NCBI GenBank assembly: GCA_030606485.1
Contig: JAUWGH010000008.1
Coordinates: forward strand, 150,001 to 182,000
From: Promethearchaeota archaeon
GTDB taxonomy: Archaea > Asgardarchaeota > Lokiarchaeia > Sigyniarchaeales > SOKP01
Direction: 5' to 3'
DNA: 32,000 bases
Shown: piece after piece, positions 8,726 through 18,247 of the stretch
Layout: each line of letters begins with the position of its first letter
How positions within the stretch are numbered: position 1 is the stretch's first letter
Made by a program: the position numbers and the translations under genes
The notes under the pieces: generated by a model
Seen by the model: only the letters and a program-made list of their open reading frames with translations
Told to the model about the DNA's origin: nothing
Database searches by the model: none

Positions 8726-10204
8726 ATGGCTGGAAATTATAGAAAAAAAATATTAGCCGATCAAGGTTGGATGCATGCATTTGATGATGTGTTAATAAAG
8801 CCAGGATTTACAAATTTTGATCCTAATAAAGTAGATATATCGAGTAGTTTAGGTCCATATAAATTTAATATTCCAATAATGTCAGCGGCAATGGATACAG
8901 TTACAGGAGTGAAAATGGCAATTCAAATGGCATTATTGGGTGGTCTTGGGGTACTTCATAGAAATTGTTCTTGCGAAAAGAGACTTGAAATGGTTAAAAA
9001 AGTTAAAAGAGCCCGCTCTTATATCGTTGATGATGTAGCAACTATTTTTCCAAATTCTCCAATACATGAGGCAATATCTAAAATGGAGCAATTAGAAATC
9101 AGTGGTTTAGTGGTTGTTGATGACAATAATAAAGTTGAGGGGATCCTTACTTCGAGAGATATACCTTTCGACGCAAAGCTGAAAGAAAACGGCTTAGTAA
9201 AAGATGTTATGACAAAAGAATTAATCACCGGAAATATTGGTATTTCAAGAATAGAAGCTGCTAAAATGTTATATAAGTTTCGGAAGGAGAAATTACCAAT
9301 AATAGATAAGGAGGGAAGGTTAGTTGGGTTAATTACAAATAAGGATCTTAAACCGGATTTTCCAAAAGCTTCTCTTGATAAGAGAGGTCGGCTATTATGT
9401 GCTTTAGCAGTTTCTCCCGTTATGCCTCCTACTGTTAAAGAAAGAAAGATATTTGAAGAGATTGTTGAATATACCGATATATTCTTTATTGACGTTGCAG
9501 ATTTTTATAAAAAACAAGATATTGAGAATACTAAAGAAATAATGGAAACTTTTAACGTTCATTTTATATTGGGGAATATTGGGACTTTTGAAGCAGCTGA
9601 ATATATTTTAACTAAAATTGATTATGACAGAGATAAATTTATTGCATTAAAAGCAGGAATGGGGTCTGGTTCTATATGTTCAACATCAATTCAAACTGGT
9701 GTTGGCGCTCCAACTTTATTTGCTACAGCTCAAATTGCAGATGCAATACAAAAGTATGATCCAAAAATGGGTTTAATTGCAGATGGTGGCTTTAAAAATT
9801 TAGGTGATTTACCTAAGGCATTTACCGTTGGAGCAAATATGATAATGACAGGGCATTTTTTTGGTGGGTGTGTTGAGAGTCCAGGGTTTGTGGATACAAT
9901 TCAAGGTCGTAAGGTTAAAGTTTATCGAGGTATGGGAAGTAAAGAGGCAAGACATGTTATGGGAGATTATATTATGGATCGTTATTCTAAAGAGACAAAA
10001 ACATTACCGGAAGGTGTGAGTGATTATATACCTTTTGTCGGACCCGTAGAAGGAGTTATTGAGCAAATGAAAACAGGAATTAGAAATGGTTTGGTTTATG
10101 CTGGGGCAAAAAACATAAAAGAGATGAAAAATGTCGAGATAGGAATTATTACAATGAGTGGTAAATTAGAAAGCGAGCCTCACGATTTAATTGGTAAATG
10201 GTAA
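8726..10204 (+). CDS. guaB: IMP dehydrogenase with tandem CBS domains
   Basis: FDDVLIKP, IPIMSAAMDTVT, GGLGVLHRN, CBS pair, catalytic-loop GSGSIC, ADGG, YRGMGS, flap Arg-Tyr dyad (DRY) and PEGV, C-terminal ESEPHD. Confidence 0.9.
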   Translation: MAGNYRKKILADQGWMHAFDDVLIKPGFTNFDPNKVDISSSLGPYKFNIPIMSAAMDTVTGVKMAIQMALLGGLGVLHRNCSCEKRLEMVKKVKRARSYIVDDVATIFPNSPIHEAISKMEQLEISGLVVVDDNNKVEGILTSRDIPFDAKLKENGLVKDVMTKELITGNIGISRIEAAKMLYKFRKEKLPIIDKEGRLVGLITNKDLKPDFPKASLDKRGRLLCALAVSPVMPPTVKERKIFEEIVEYTDIFFIDVADFYKKQDIENTKEIMETFNVHFILGNIGTFEAAEYILTKIDYDRDKFIALKAGMGSGSICSTSIQTGVGAPTLFATAQIADAIQKYDPKMGLIADGGFKNLGDLPKAFTVGANMIMTGHFFGGCVESPGFVDTIQGRKVKVYRGMGSKEARHVMGDYIMDRYSKETKTLPEGVSDYIPFVGPVEGVIEQMKTGIRNGLVYAGAKNIKEMKNVEIGIITMSGKLESEPHDLIGKW

Positions 10205-10306
10205 TGGTATTATTTAATTCAATTTTAATATATTTTTCTGATTTCTTGAATTTAGGATTAAGATTTTTAAATTATTTTAATAATAAAAGATGAGATTGGT
10301 ATAAAT

Positions 10307-11905
10307 ATGCAAAAAATTCATAGAGCATTAATTAGCGTAAGCGACAAAACAGGAATTGTAGAATTTGCTAGGATCTTAGTTGATGAATTTGGAATAGAAA
10401 TATTATCTACAGGTGGAACGGGAAATCTATTAGAAAAAAACGGGATCATTTTTAAAAAAATTTCAGAATATACACAAACAGATGAAATGTTTGATGGTAG
10501 AGTTAAAACATTACATCCAAAGATTCAAGGTGGTATTTTATTTCGACGAGATATAGTTGATGATATGAAAGATGCTGAAAGATATAATATCCCCCCCATT
10601 GATTTAGTGGTCTGTAATTTATATCCATTTAAAGCCATAATTTCTAAGCCTAAATCTACTTTAACAGAAGCCTTAGAAATGATCGATATTGGAGGCCCAA
10701 CGATGATAAGGGCAGCCGCAAAAAATTATCCAGATGTAGCCGTTATTACTAATTCAAAAGATTATCCACTCATTATAAAAGAGCTAAGGGAAAATGAAGG
10801 AGCAATCAGTGAAAAAACTAGGGCCTTCCTAGCTCAAAAAGTTTTTACTATTATGGCAGAATATAACGCAAATATTGCAAATTATTTACAAAAAATCAAT
10901 TTCCCTGATAAAAAATTTGGAGATAATGTAATAAAAATATTTAAAAAAGTGTTTGATGTTAGATATGGAGAAAATTGGGATCAAGATGCTGCATTGTACA
11001 AGGATCTCTCAGCAGATTTTGGACTTCAAAATATTAAACAGATATCAGGAAAAGAAATCTCTTTCAATAATTATTTAGATATTGATGCATGCATGCAAGT
11101 TCTTTTAGAGCTTGGAATAAAAGATTACGTTTGTTCAATTTTTAAACATACAACTCCAAATGGAGTTGCAATAGATAGAAAAAGTCAATTGAATGCAGTA
11201 AAAAGAGCTTTTAACACCGATCCTTTATCTGCTTTTGGAGGAATTTGGGGATTAAATAAGGAATTAACAGTTGAGATTGCAGATTTTATTGTGAATCAAA
11301 AGAAAATTTTTGTAGAAGTCCTACTTGCACCAGCGTATGAAGAAGGTGCTTTAAAAATTCTTAAATCTAAAAAAAATATGAGAATTCTTGAATTCGGAGA
11401 TTTTTTAATCAAAAGAAAAAGTATATATAAAAATCCAGAAATAAGGAGTGTACTTGGAGGAGTTTTATTTCAAGATTATGATTTCGGTCCTATAATAAAA
11501 GAATGGAAAGTTGTTAGTGAAAGGAAAATCTCTATAGATGAAAAAAAAGCATTAATTTTTTCATATATAATATGTAAATATGCAAAATCAAATTCTGCTG
11601 TATTTGCGAAATGGGACCATGATGGAATTTATACTATTGGGATAGGAGCAGGGCAACAGAGCCGAGTTCATGTTGTTAATTTGGCGCATCAAAAAGCCTT
11701 AGAATTTAGGCATGACCTTTCAGGTAGTGTGATGGGTACAGATTCTTTTTTTCCTTTTCCGGATGGATTAGAAGCTGCAGTAAAAGCTGGTGCTATTGCA
11801 ATAATTAATCCAGGAGGATCCATTCGAGATAATGAAGTTATAAAAAAAGCAGATGAACTTAATTGCGGTTTAGTATTTTGTGGCAAACGAGTGTTTCGAC
11901 ATTAG
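10307..11905 (+). CDS. purH: Bifunctional AICAR transformylase / IMP cyclohydrolase
   Basis: RALISVSDKTG, STGGT, GRVKTLHP, IDIGGPTMIRAAAKN, RYGEN, catalytic KH dyad (FKHTTP), DSFFPFPDG, PGGSIRD, RVFRH end. Confidence 0.95.
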   Translation: MQKIHRALISVSDKTGIVEFARILVDEFGIEILSTGGTGNLLEKNGIIFKKISEYTQTDEMFDGRVKTLHPKIQGGILFRRDIVDDMKDAERYNIPPIDLVVCNLYPFKAIISKPKSTLTEALEMIDIGGPTMIRAAAKNYPDVAVITNSKDYPLIIKELRENEGAISEKTRAFLAQKVFTIMAEYNANIANYLQKINFPDKKFGDNVIKIFKKVFDVRYGENWDQDAALYKDLSADFGLQNIKQISGKEISFNNYLDIDACMQVLLELGIKDYVCSIFKHTTPNGVAIDRKSQLNAVKRAFNTDPLSAFGGIWGLNKELTVEIADFIVNQKKIFVEVLLAPAYEEGALKILKSKKNMRILEFGDFLIKRKSIYKNPEIRSVLGGVLFQDYDFGPIIKEWKVVSERKISIDEKKALIFSYIICKYAKSNSAVFAKWDHDGIYTIGIGAGQQSRVHVVNLAHQKALEFRHDLSGSVMGTDSFFPFPDGLEAAVKAGAIAIINPGGSIRDNEVIKKADELNCGLVFCGKRVFRH

Positions 11906-12095
11906 AAAATATTATTCATTATTACATTATTAAAGCAATTAATTCAATTTTTTTAACAAACTCTAAAAATCAGTTTAAATAACTCTTAGATTAACTTGAA
12001 ATAAAAGTTTAAATAATTTACGGTGTAAATTAATAATGTTTAATAAAATATTATATATAATTAGGTAACTTTATTTTTTTGAGGGTATTCTCTCC

Positions 12096-12392
12096 ATGGA
12101 CTTCTTTATCGAAAATTTAAGAGAGACTGTTAGTGCTGTAAATAAAGTAATTGCCCGAAAGATTAGTTATGTTGATGTTAAGAGAATTAGAAAAACTATT
12201 AATATTAAATCCTCAAATAGGTCAAAAATCAATTTTATTTGGCGTTCTTTGAAAGTTCTTGAAAATCATGGAATCCTTAGATGCAGTGGAAGTAATAGCC
12301 CAAAAACCTATAAAATTATAAAAATGCAAAAAATAGATTTTGACAGTCTATTAGAAAAAGTTAAAGGAAAGAAGAAAGTTAATAAAGTATAA
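12096..12392 (+). CDS. Small basic winged-helix-like putative DNA-binding protein
   Basis: ATG start after an AT-rich promoter-like region. Helix-helix-recognition helix (SKINFIWRSLKVLENHGIL) followed by a beta-wing (RCSGSNSPKTYKI). Lys/Arg-rich. Confidence 0.6.
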   Translation: MDFFIENLRETVSAVNKVIARKISYVDVKRIRKTINIKSSNRSKINFIWRSLKVLENHGILRCSGSNSPKTYKIIKMQKIDFDSLLEKVKGKKKVNKV

Positions 12393-12581
12393 ACCTACTT
12401 ATTTATATCCGATTTTTTAAAGATTTTTACTTTATTTTTAAAACTTAATAAGAAAATTTTATTTTTTTATAATTAAATACCATATCTAAGAGATTATTAT
12501 TTTTTAGTAGATACTGTATTGGTTAAAATTTAAAATTTTGAGTGAATAAAAAATAAAAGATTTAAAAATTTAAAGATAAAT

Positions 12582-15299
12582 ATGGTTATGGATATTAATC
12601 CTAATGATTTTATCGATAAAAATTTAATCAAAACTATTAATAAGCTAAATAAATTTATAGATAAGGTTAAAAAAGAGAAAATTAAGGAAATTATTGAAGA
12701 GTTAGAGCAATTTACAAAAGTTGAACATCTTAATGTTCAAGCTTTATATATTTTAAGTATTCTTGCGGAGAAATTTCCACAGCTTTTCGAGAGAAATAAT
12801 ATAGAATCTATTAAAATAAATCTGGATTCCAATAATGTAAAAGCAAAAATAAATACATTAATAATTATTGGATTTTATTTACGTGAAAACCTTAAAAAAG
12901 AAAAAGTATTAGTAAAAAGATTTCTAGACTATTTAAAAGACGATGAGGAAGAGATTGTTGAAAATATACTATTTTTTTTAAATTATTTTGCTGAAAATGA
13001 ACCGGATATTATTGAAAATAATAGCGATTTACTTTTAAATTTATTCTATACAGAGACGGATATTAATAAAATAAATATACTTTTAGAAATTATTGATAAG
13101 TTTAAACTAAGAAGTCTTTCAGTAATAATAAGAATTAGAGATATATTACAATTTTTAATTCAAACCTATGACAATGAATATATATTAAAGAAAGCAATTG
13201 AAATTCTCTCAAAATTTATTTCTGAAGTAAAAAATATTAAATACTCTAAAAAAAAAAAGAGAAATATATTAGAAATAATTGCAAAGAAAATTCTACTGAA
13301 AAGATATAATTTAATCATTAAAAATGGAAATCTAGAAAATATAATTAATGATTTCAAAAAAAAAATAAAAAATACAATAAAAAATGAGAATATATATTAT
13401 TGCTACATAAAGGATAAAGAGAAACTATTTTTTATTGAATTTGAAAAATCTAAAATCTTACACTTTTTAGAAAATAAACGGGTATCTCTTAAGGAGCTAC
13501 TAGAAGTCTTATCTGAAGTAATCGAAAACACTTCACAATTAAAGTTATTTCTGTTAAATTTGATTCAATTTAAATTAATAAAAGGATATGTTTCTGAGTT
13601 TTATTTTTACTCTTATGGTTATGTAAAAACAAATATATTAACCAATATCGTGGATAAAGGCTTTATTGATTTAACTGAGTATAAGCATATTGAACCCAAT
13701 TTTATTGAATTAATTCTTGAGGATATAAAATCTGAATTAAAATATACATTATTATATAATAAATCTAAGAAGGTTGTTTACTCTCTCAAAAAGATTATTG
13801 AAGATATTTCTCATTTAGCCTCAAAAGAAAGTGTTATAAATCTGAAACTGTATCACGGATTATTTGATGATAATAATTTTCTAAAAATTATAAAGAAACT
13901 TCCCAAAGGTTATTTAACAGATTATCATATAAGAACAAATTGGCTAACTAATGTTGGAAAAACAAAAATAGTAAATGAATTTGAGAACTCTAAAAAAATC
14001 GGTTTTTTTGATAAGAAGAAGATTAGTGAAAAATTGAGTATTCCTGAAATTCTTCTTGATTCATTTATCAATTCAATTTTAAATTCACAATTAGGTTTTT
14101 GGGATAAATTTCAAGAAATTTTCTATTATTCTAAATATATTCAAGACCAAATAGATAAATTTAGAACCGTTACCGATGAGAAGATAAAAAATCAAAAAAT
14201 TTATTCTTTAGCACAGAAGTTAAATATAGATCAAGACCAAATTCAATTGAAAATTAATGAAGAAATTCAGAAATTTGGTGAAAAAATTAAAAGCAAAGGA
14301 GAAATAAGTATTTCGGAATATATGGATAAAATGGGGATGGATTCTAAAAGATTTTTTAATTTTATTAACAGTTTAAATATTACTTATTTCAAAAAAGGCG
14401 ATTTACTTTACTTAAATGAGGATAAAATATTAGATATAAAAAATGAAGTTAGAAAACAGATAAAGCTTCAATCGAAATCTCAATCTCAACTAATTTTAGG
14501 GAATTTTAATATAAAACAATCAATCGTCAAAGAAATTATTGAAGATTTAGAACAATCAGAGAATTTAAAAGGAATTTTTTGTGAAGAAGGGAATCAAATA
14601 ATTTTTTATACTAAGAAGGGAATTAATAACAAAATTCTGGAATCTACCGATATTTTCTTTATAGATGAATTATTTCCTGGGAAGAAATTGACGGATGATA
14701 AGTATATATTGATTGAGAATATTATAAAATCTCTGATTAAAAATAAAACTCTTATTGGAACATATGATGAATCGAATCGCAATTTTATAAGTTCTGATAT
14801 TGAATTTTCAACGAGTTATAATGATGCTATTAACCAATTCGTAAATTTAATTGAATATTATTGTACTATATTTGAAAGGACATTTAAATCTATTAGGAGT
14901 ATATTAATAAAAGATAATGAGATAATTAGACCAGCTGAAATTACTTTATTACAAAATTCTTTTGATGAATTAATAAAATCTTATGTACGTTGGCGCTCTC
15001 AAATAAGTATAATGAAATCTAAACAAACATCTATTTTTTTGAAACAACAAAGCATATATTCAAAAAAAGAATTTGAACTTTTATCTGAAGAGGAGAAAAA
15101 TGAAATTAAAGATTTCAAAGAAGAACAACGGATTAAAGAGGCAGAAGATATTTTTAATGCGTGGGTAAAATTATTTAAAGAATTAGAATTAAATTATGGA
15201 AAATTAATATTTTATCAAAAAAAAATGTTAATTAATCCAGATGATAAGGAAACTAGAAAAAAATTGAAAGAACTCTACGATTTTCTAGATTTGAAATAA
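12582..15299 (+). CDS. Large protein: N-terminal HEAT/ARM-like repeats, central tandem winged-helix (PCI/UFL1-like) repeats, C-terminal helical region
   Basis: HEAT-like units (LDSNNVKAKINTL; LKDDEEEIVENIL). Repeated helix + 'L(I)xG' + aromatic beta-hairpin units (LIKGYVSEFYFYS, QLGFWDKFQEIFYYS, LKGIFCEEGNQIIFYT, LIGTYDESNRNFIS). Confidence 0.65.
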   Translation: MVMDINPNDFIDKNLIKTINKLNKFIDKVKKEKIKEIIEELEQFTKVEHLNVQALYILSILAEKFPQLFERNNIESIKINLDSNNVKAKINTLIIIGFYLRENLKKEKVLVKRFLDYLKDDEEEIVENILFFLNYFAENEPDIIENNSDLLLNLFYTETDINKINILLEIIDKFKLRSLSVIIRIRDILQFLIQTYDNEYILKKAIEILSKFISEVKNIKYSKKKKRNILEIIAKKILLKRYNLIIKNGNLENIINDFKKKIKNTIKNENIYYCYIKDKEKLFFIEFEKSKILHFLENKRVSLKELLEVLSEVIENTSQLKLFLLNLIQFKLIKGYVSEFYFYSYGYVKTNILTNIVDKGFIDLTEYKHIEPNFIELILEDIKSELKYTLLYNKSKKVVYSLKKIIEDISHLASKESVINLKLYHGLFDDNNFLKIIKKLPKGYLTDYHIRTNWLTNVGKTKIVNEFENSKKIGFFDKKKISEKLSIPEILLDSFINSILNSQLGFWDKFQEIFYYSKYIQDQIDKFRTVTDEKIKNQKIYSLAQKLNIDQDQIQLKINEEIQKFGEKIKSKGEISISEYMDKMGMDSKRFFNFINSLNITYFKKGDLLYLNEDKILDIKNEVRKQIKLQSKSQSQLILGNFNIKQSIVKEIIEDLEQSENLKGIFCEEGNQIIFYTKKGINNKILESTDIFFIDELFPGKKLTDDKYILIENIIKSLIKNKTLIGTYDESNRNFISSDIEFSTSYNDAINQFVNLIEYYCTIFERTFKSIRSILIKDNEIIRPAEITLLQNSFDELIKSYVRWRSQISIMKSKQTSIFLKQQSIYSKKEFELLSEEEKNEIKDFKEEQRIKEAEDIFNAWVKLFKELELNYGKLIFYQKKMLINPDDKETRKKLKELYDFLDLK

Positions 15300-15321
15300 A
15301 CTTATTTATATAAATTTAGTA

Positions 15322-16131
15322 TTAGTTTATAAAATTAATCAAATCTGAGATTTTATTCAAAATAATATCTGGTTTAATTTCTGATTTTTCAATCATTTCT
15401 CGTGTAGTTTCTCCCGATAATACACAAATAGTAGATACTCCAGCCTTTATTCCCATTTTTATATCTGTATATAACCGATCTCCAACAATTACTGCATCAT
15501 TTGGAGAAATTCCTAACTCTCTTAATTTAAATAGAAGCATTTCTTTATTGGGTTTTCCAAAAATTTTAGGTTTCTTTCCAGTTGCCTCATATAGCAGAGA
15601 AATTATTGCTCCTGCATCAGGGATATATCCTTTTTTTGTGGGACATACTTTATCAGGATGAGTAGCGATAAAAGGAATGTTATTTTGTAAGAAATATGAA
15701 GCTTTTACTAATTTCTCATATGTAAGTTCTTTATCGAAACCTAAAACAACAATTTCTGGATCCTTATCCGTAATTTCAAATCCTTTTTCAATAAATTCGG
15801 ATTGTAATGATTTTGTGCCAAGAAGAAATATTTTCTTAACATTTTCTTTTTTTAAAAAATAAATCGTTGGATGTGTTGAAATAATAACATCTTCAATACT
15901 TACATCTAAACCTAACTTATTTAATTTTAGAACATATTCTTTAGTAGAAATACTTGAATTATTTGATAAAAAAAAGAATCTCTTATTGAAGATTTTCATT
16001 AATTTTATTAATTCTTGAACTCCTTCAAATAAAATATCTTCTAAATAAAGAGTACCGTCTAAATCAAAAAAAAATACCTTCTTTTTTCTCAAAAACTCTA
16101 AATTTATACTGAAATTGGTTTTTTTTATCAT
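15322..16131 (-). CDS. HAD-superfamily subfamily IIA hydrolase (NagD-like phosphatase)
   Basis: DLDGT motif I, SNNS motif II, GKP motif III, GDRLYTDI motif IV, cap motif ATHPD. Confidence 0.92.
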   Translation of the reverse strand: MIKKTNFSINLEFLRKKKVFFFDLDGTLYLEDILFEGVQELIKLMKIFNKRFFFLSNNSSISTKEYVLKLNKLGLDVSIEDVIISTHPTIYFLKKENVKKIFLLGTKSLQSEFIEKGFEITDKDPEIVVLGFDKELTYEKLVKASYFLQNNIPFIATHPDKVCPTKKGYIPDAGAIISLLYEATGKKPKIFGKPNKEMLLFKLRELGISPNDAVIVGDRLYTDIKMGIKAGVSTICVLSGETTREMIEKSEIKPDIILNKISDLINFIN

Positions 16132-16481
16132 TTATGTATATTAAATTCTTTTCACTTATATAGACTTACAAGGAAATTTTCAAAATTTTATAATTAAACA
16201 ACTATAAAAATCTAAAAAGTAGAATTTTCTTATGCTGGGTCTTATTAAGATTGATATAATTTTTACTTTAGATAAATCAATATTTGTACTATTAAAAATT
16301 TCAATTAGTCTTTTTATAATCATATAAAATTTTTAAAATTTTTTCCAATATTTATTTTTCTTATTTATTTTAAGAATATTAAAAATAATTATAACTAATT
16401 TTAAATAAAAGTTAATTTCCAATATTCAATAAAGAAATTCATCATTTTAATATGGTTATTTATAGAATAATGGTTTTCATC

Positions 16482-18167
16482 TTACGGTATCATATGTGGA
16501 GGTGGGGTTTTTAAACAAAATCCACATTTACCAAATGAAGAAATTGTTTGATCCCAACAATGTTTATGATATAATCTTTCACAATACGGACATTCCGTTC
16601 GACATTGATTACCATCAGCAGATGCAATAGGTAGTTTACAGGTACCGTCAGGACATTGAATTTGATGACAAATTACACATGAAATAACCGATACTTCAAA
16701 AATCTTTTTAGATATTGCGTTAAATAAATCAATCAGATATGTAAAAGGAGTCCAGTCATCAAAAAATTGCTGAATAGATGCTTCAAGTTTCTTTTTTATT
16801 GGCTCATGGATCTCATCTTCAAATTCATTTAATACTTTAAGTTCGGGAGGATTCATAGGATAATTTGGGGGTAAAATTGCTTGAAATTCAAAAATTATAT
16901 TCTCGGTTTTCATTTTACCTTTCATTTTCAGATTAATTGTATTTGTGAAAGCGTCAAATTGAAGCTCATCAATGCCACCTTTTAACAAATTAATCTCAAA
17001 ATTTACTCTCGAATTTTTATCAACTAACCAAGATATTTCTCTTAAAATATCCACTACTTCTGATTGTTTAGGTATCCAACTCTTGATTGAGTCTAACTTA
17101 GAAGGAGAAGTTTGTATTAAACTATTTAATTCTGGGCTATATTGCAAAACGGGTGGGTTTGGATATTTGCTAATATCTATCTCTAAATTATATTCTTTAA
17201 ATCCATAGGTAAGTAAATGAACATTCAACTTTGAAATATTTCCCTCTATTGATTCAGCTTGATATTCTCCTGATATTTTTTTACATTGAACTTCAATATC
17301 TTTTATAAAAAATAATTTACTTTCGATTTCTCTTATTAACTCTGCAATATGTGGGGGTGATTTTGAGTTCCATTTTTTAAGCAAATCAAGTTCTTTCTCT
17401 GGTTCTCCCAAAAGATTAATTACTTTTTCTGGAAATGTAACAATGGGTTTTTTGGGGTAGTCATTAAAATCAATCCCGATGATAAATGTTTTTTCTAAAG
17501 TAATTGTGAGATATACGTCGATATATGCTTTATTTTTACCTTTTTGATCAATTGGATATTCCATTTGGATTAATCCTAATTCTGTAGTGACTTCTAAAGG
17601 CATAGTAAATGTTTCTTCAGTAAAAGATTGCGTTTCTGGTTTTAGGGGTTGAAATGATTCTTCTTTTGGTTTTTCTTCTTCATAATAGTCAGGAGTAATG
17701 AATGAGTCTTGCTGAAGAGAAAGTTCTTCTGCAGGATATTTGGAATAATCTGGAGTAATATACTCTTCTGATTTCTGGGATTCTTCGTTAAATTTCTGCT
17801 CTAAAACAGATTGTTCAACAATTGGTTGAATGGGAGCTAAATCTTCTTCAATTTTTGCTGTTCCACTTAAAGTACTTTGAATTTTTCCTTTTAATTCTTT
17901 TATTATATCAACAACTCTTAAATCAGGAGTCCAATTTTTCATGTTATCAAGATTTATATCTCCTAATAAATCTTTTATTTCTTGATGAAGTATTATTTGA
18001 GGAGGGGCATGAGGAAATGTTTCATCAAATTTCACCTCTATAATGAATTTTTGTTCTGAGGTTTCATATACTGCTCCATATAAATGAGCAATATTTCCAG
18101 ATACCATCCAAAAAGAAAATTGTGATGCAATAATTTGAGCTTCTTTTAAAATTCTCTGCTTTTCCAT
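16482..18167 (-). CDS. Four tandem UBC/RWD-like (UEV) domains + C-terminal Cys/His-rich RING-like domain; putative E3 ubiquitin-like ligase
   Basis: Four copies of the UBC-fold signature (F/Y)Pxx(P)P ... LDxL/IxxW(T/N/I)P ... VxDII. C-terminal CxxC...CxxC-x4-H-x2-C-x10-CxxC. Confidence 0.75.
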   Translation of the reverse strand: MEKQRILKEAQIIASQFSFWMVSGNIAHLYGAVYETSEQKFIIEVKFDETFPHAPPQIILHQEIKDLLGDINLDNMKNWTPDLRVVDIIKELKGKIQSTLSGTAKIEEDLAPIQPIVEQSVLEQKFNEESQKSEEYITPDYSKYPAEELSLQQDSFITPDYYEEEKPKEESFQPLKPETQSFTEETFTMPLEVTTELGLIQMEYPIDQKGKNKAYIDVYLTITLEKTFIIGIDFNDYPKKPIVTFPEKVINLLGEPEKELDLLKKWNSKSPPHIAELIREIESKLFFIKDIEVQCKKISGEYQAESIEGNISKLNVHLLTYGFKEYNLEIDISKYPNPPVLQYSPELNSLIQTSPSKLDSIKSWIPKQSEVVDILREISWLVDKNSRVNFEINLLKGGIDELQFDAFTNTINLKMKGKMKTENIIFEFQAILPPNYPMNPPELKVLNEFEDEIHEPIKKKLEASIQQFFDDWTPFTYLIDLFNAISKKIFEVSVISCVICHQIQCPDGTCKLPIASADGNQCRTECPYCERLYHKHCWDQTISSFGKCGFCLKTPPPHMIP

Positions 18168-18247
18168 AATCGATCAAAAAATTATCTTTAGATTCACTAA
18201 TTATGTATTAAAATCGAACTTCTGGAATAAAAATATATGTAAAATAA

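Noticed and set aside
8726-10204. GMP reductase instead of IMPDH
   Set aside because: The Arg-Tyr flap dyad, PEGV and CBS pair are present, and the gene is adjacent to purH.
16680-18167. Active E2 ubiquitin-conjugating enzyme
   Set aside because: None of the four UBC-like units has HPN or the catalytic Cys.
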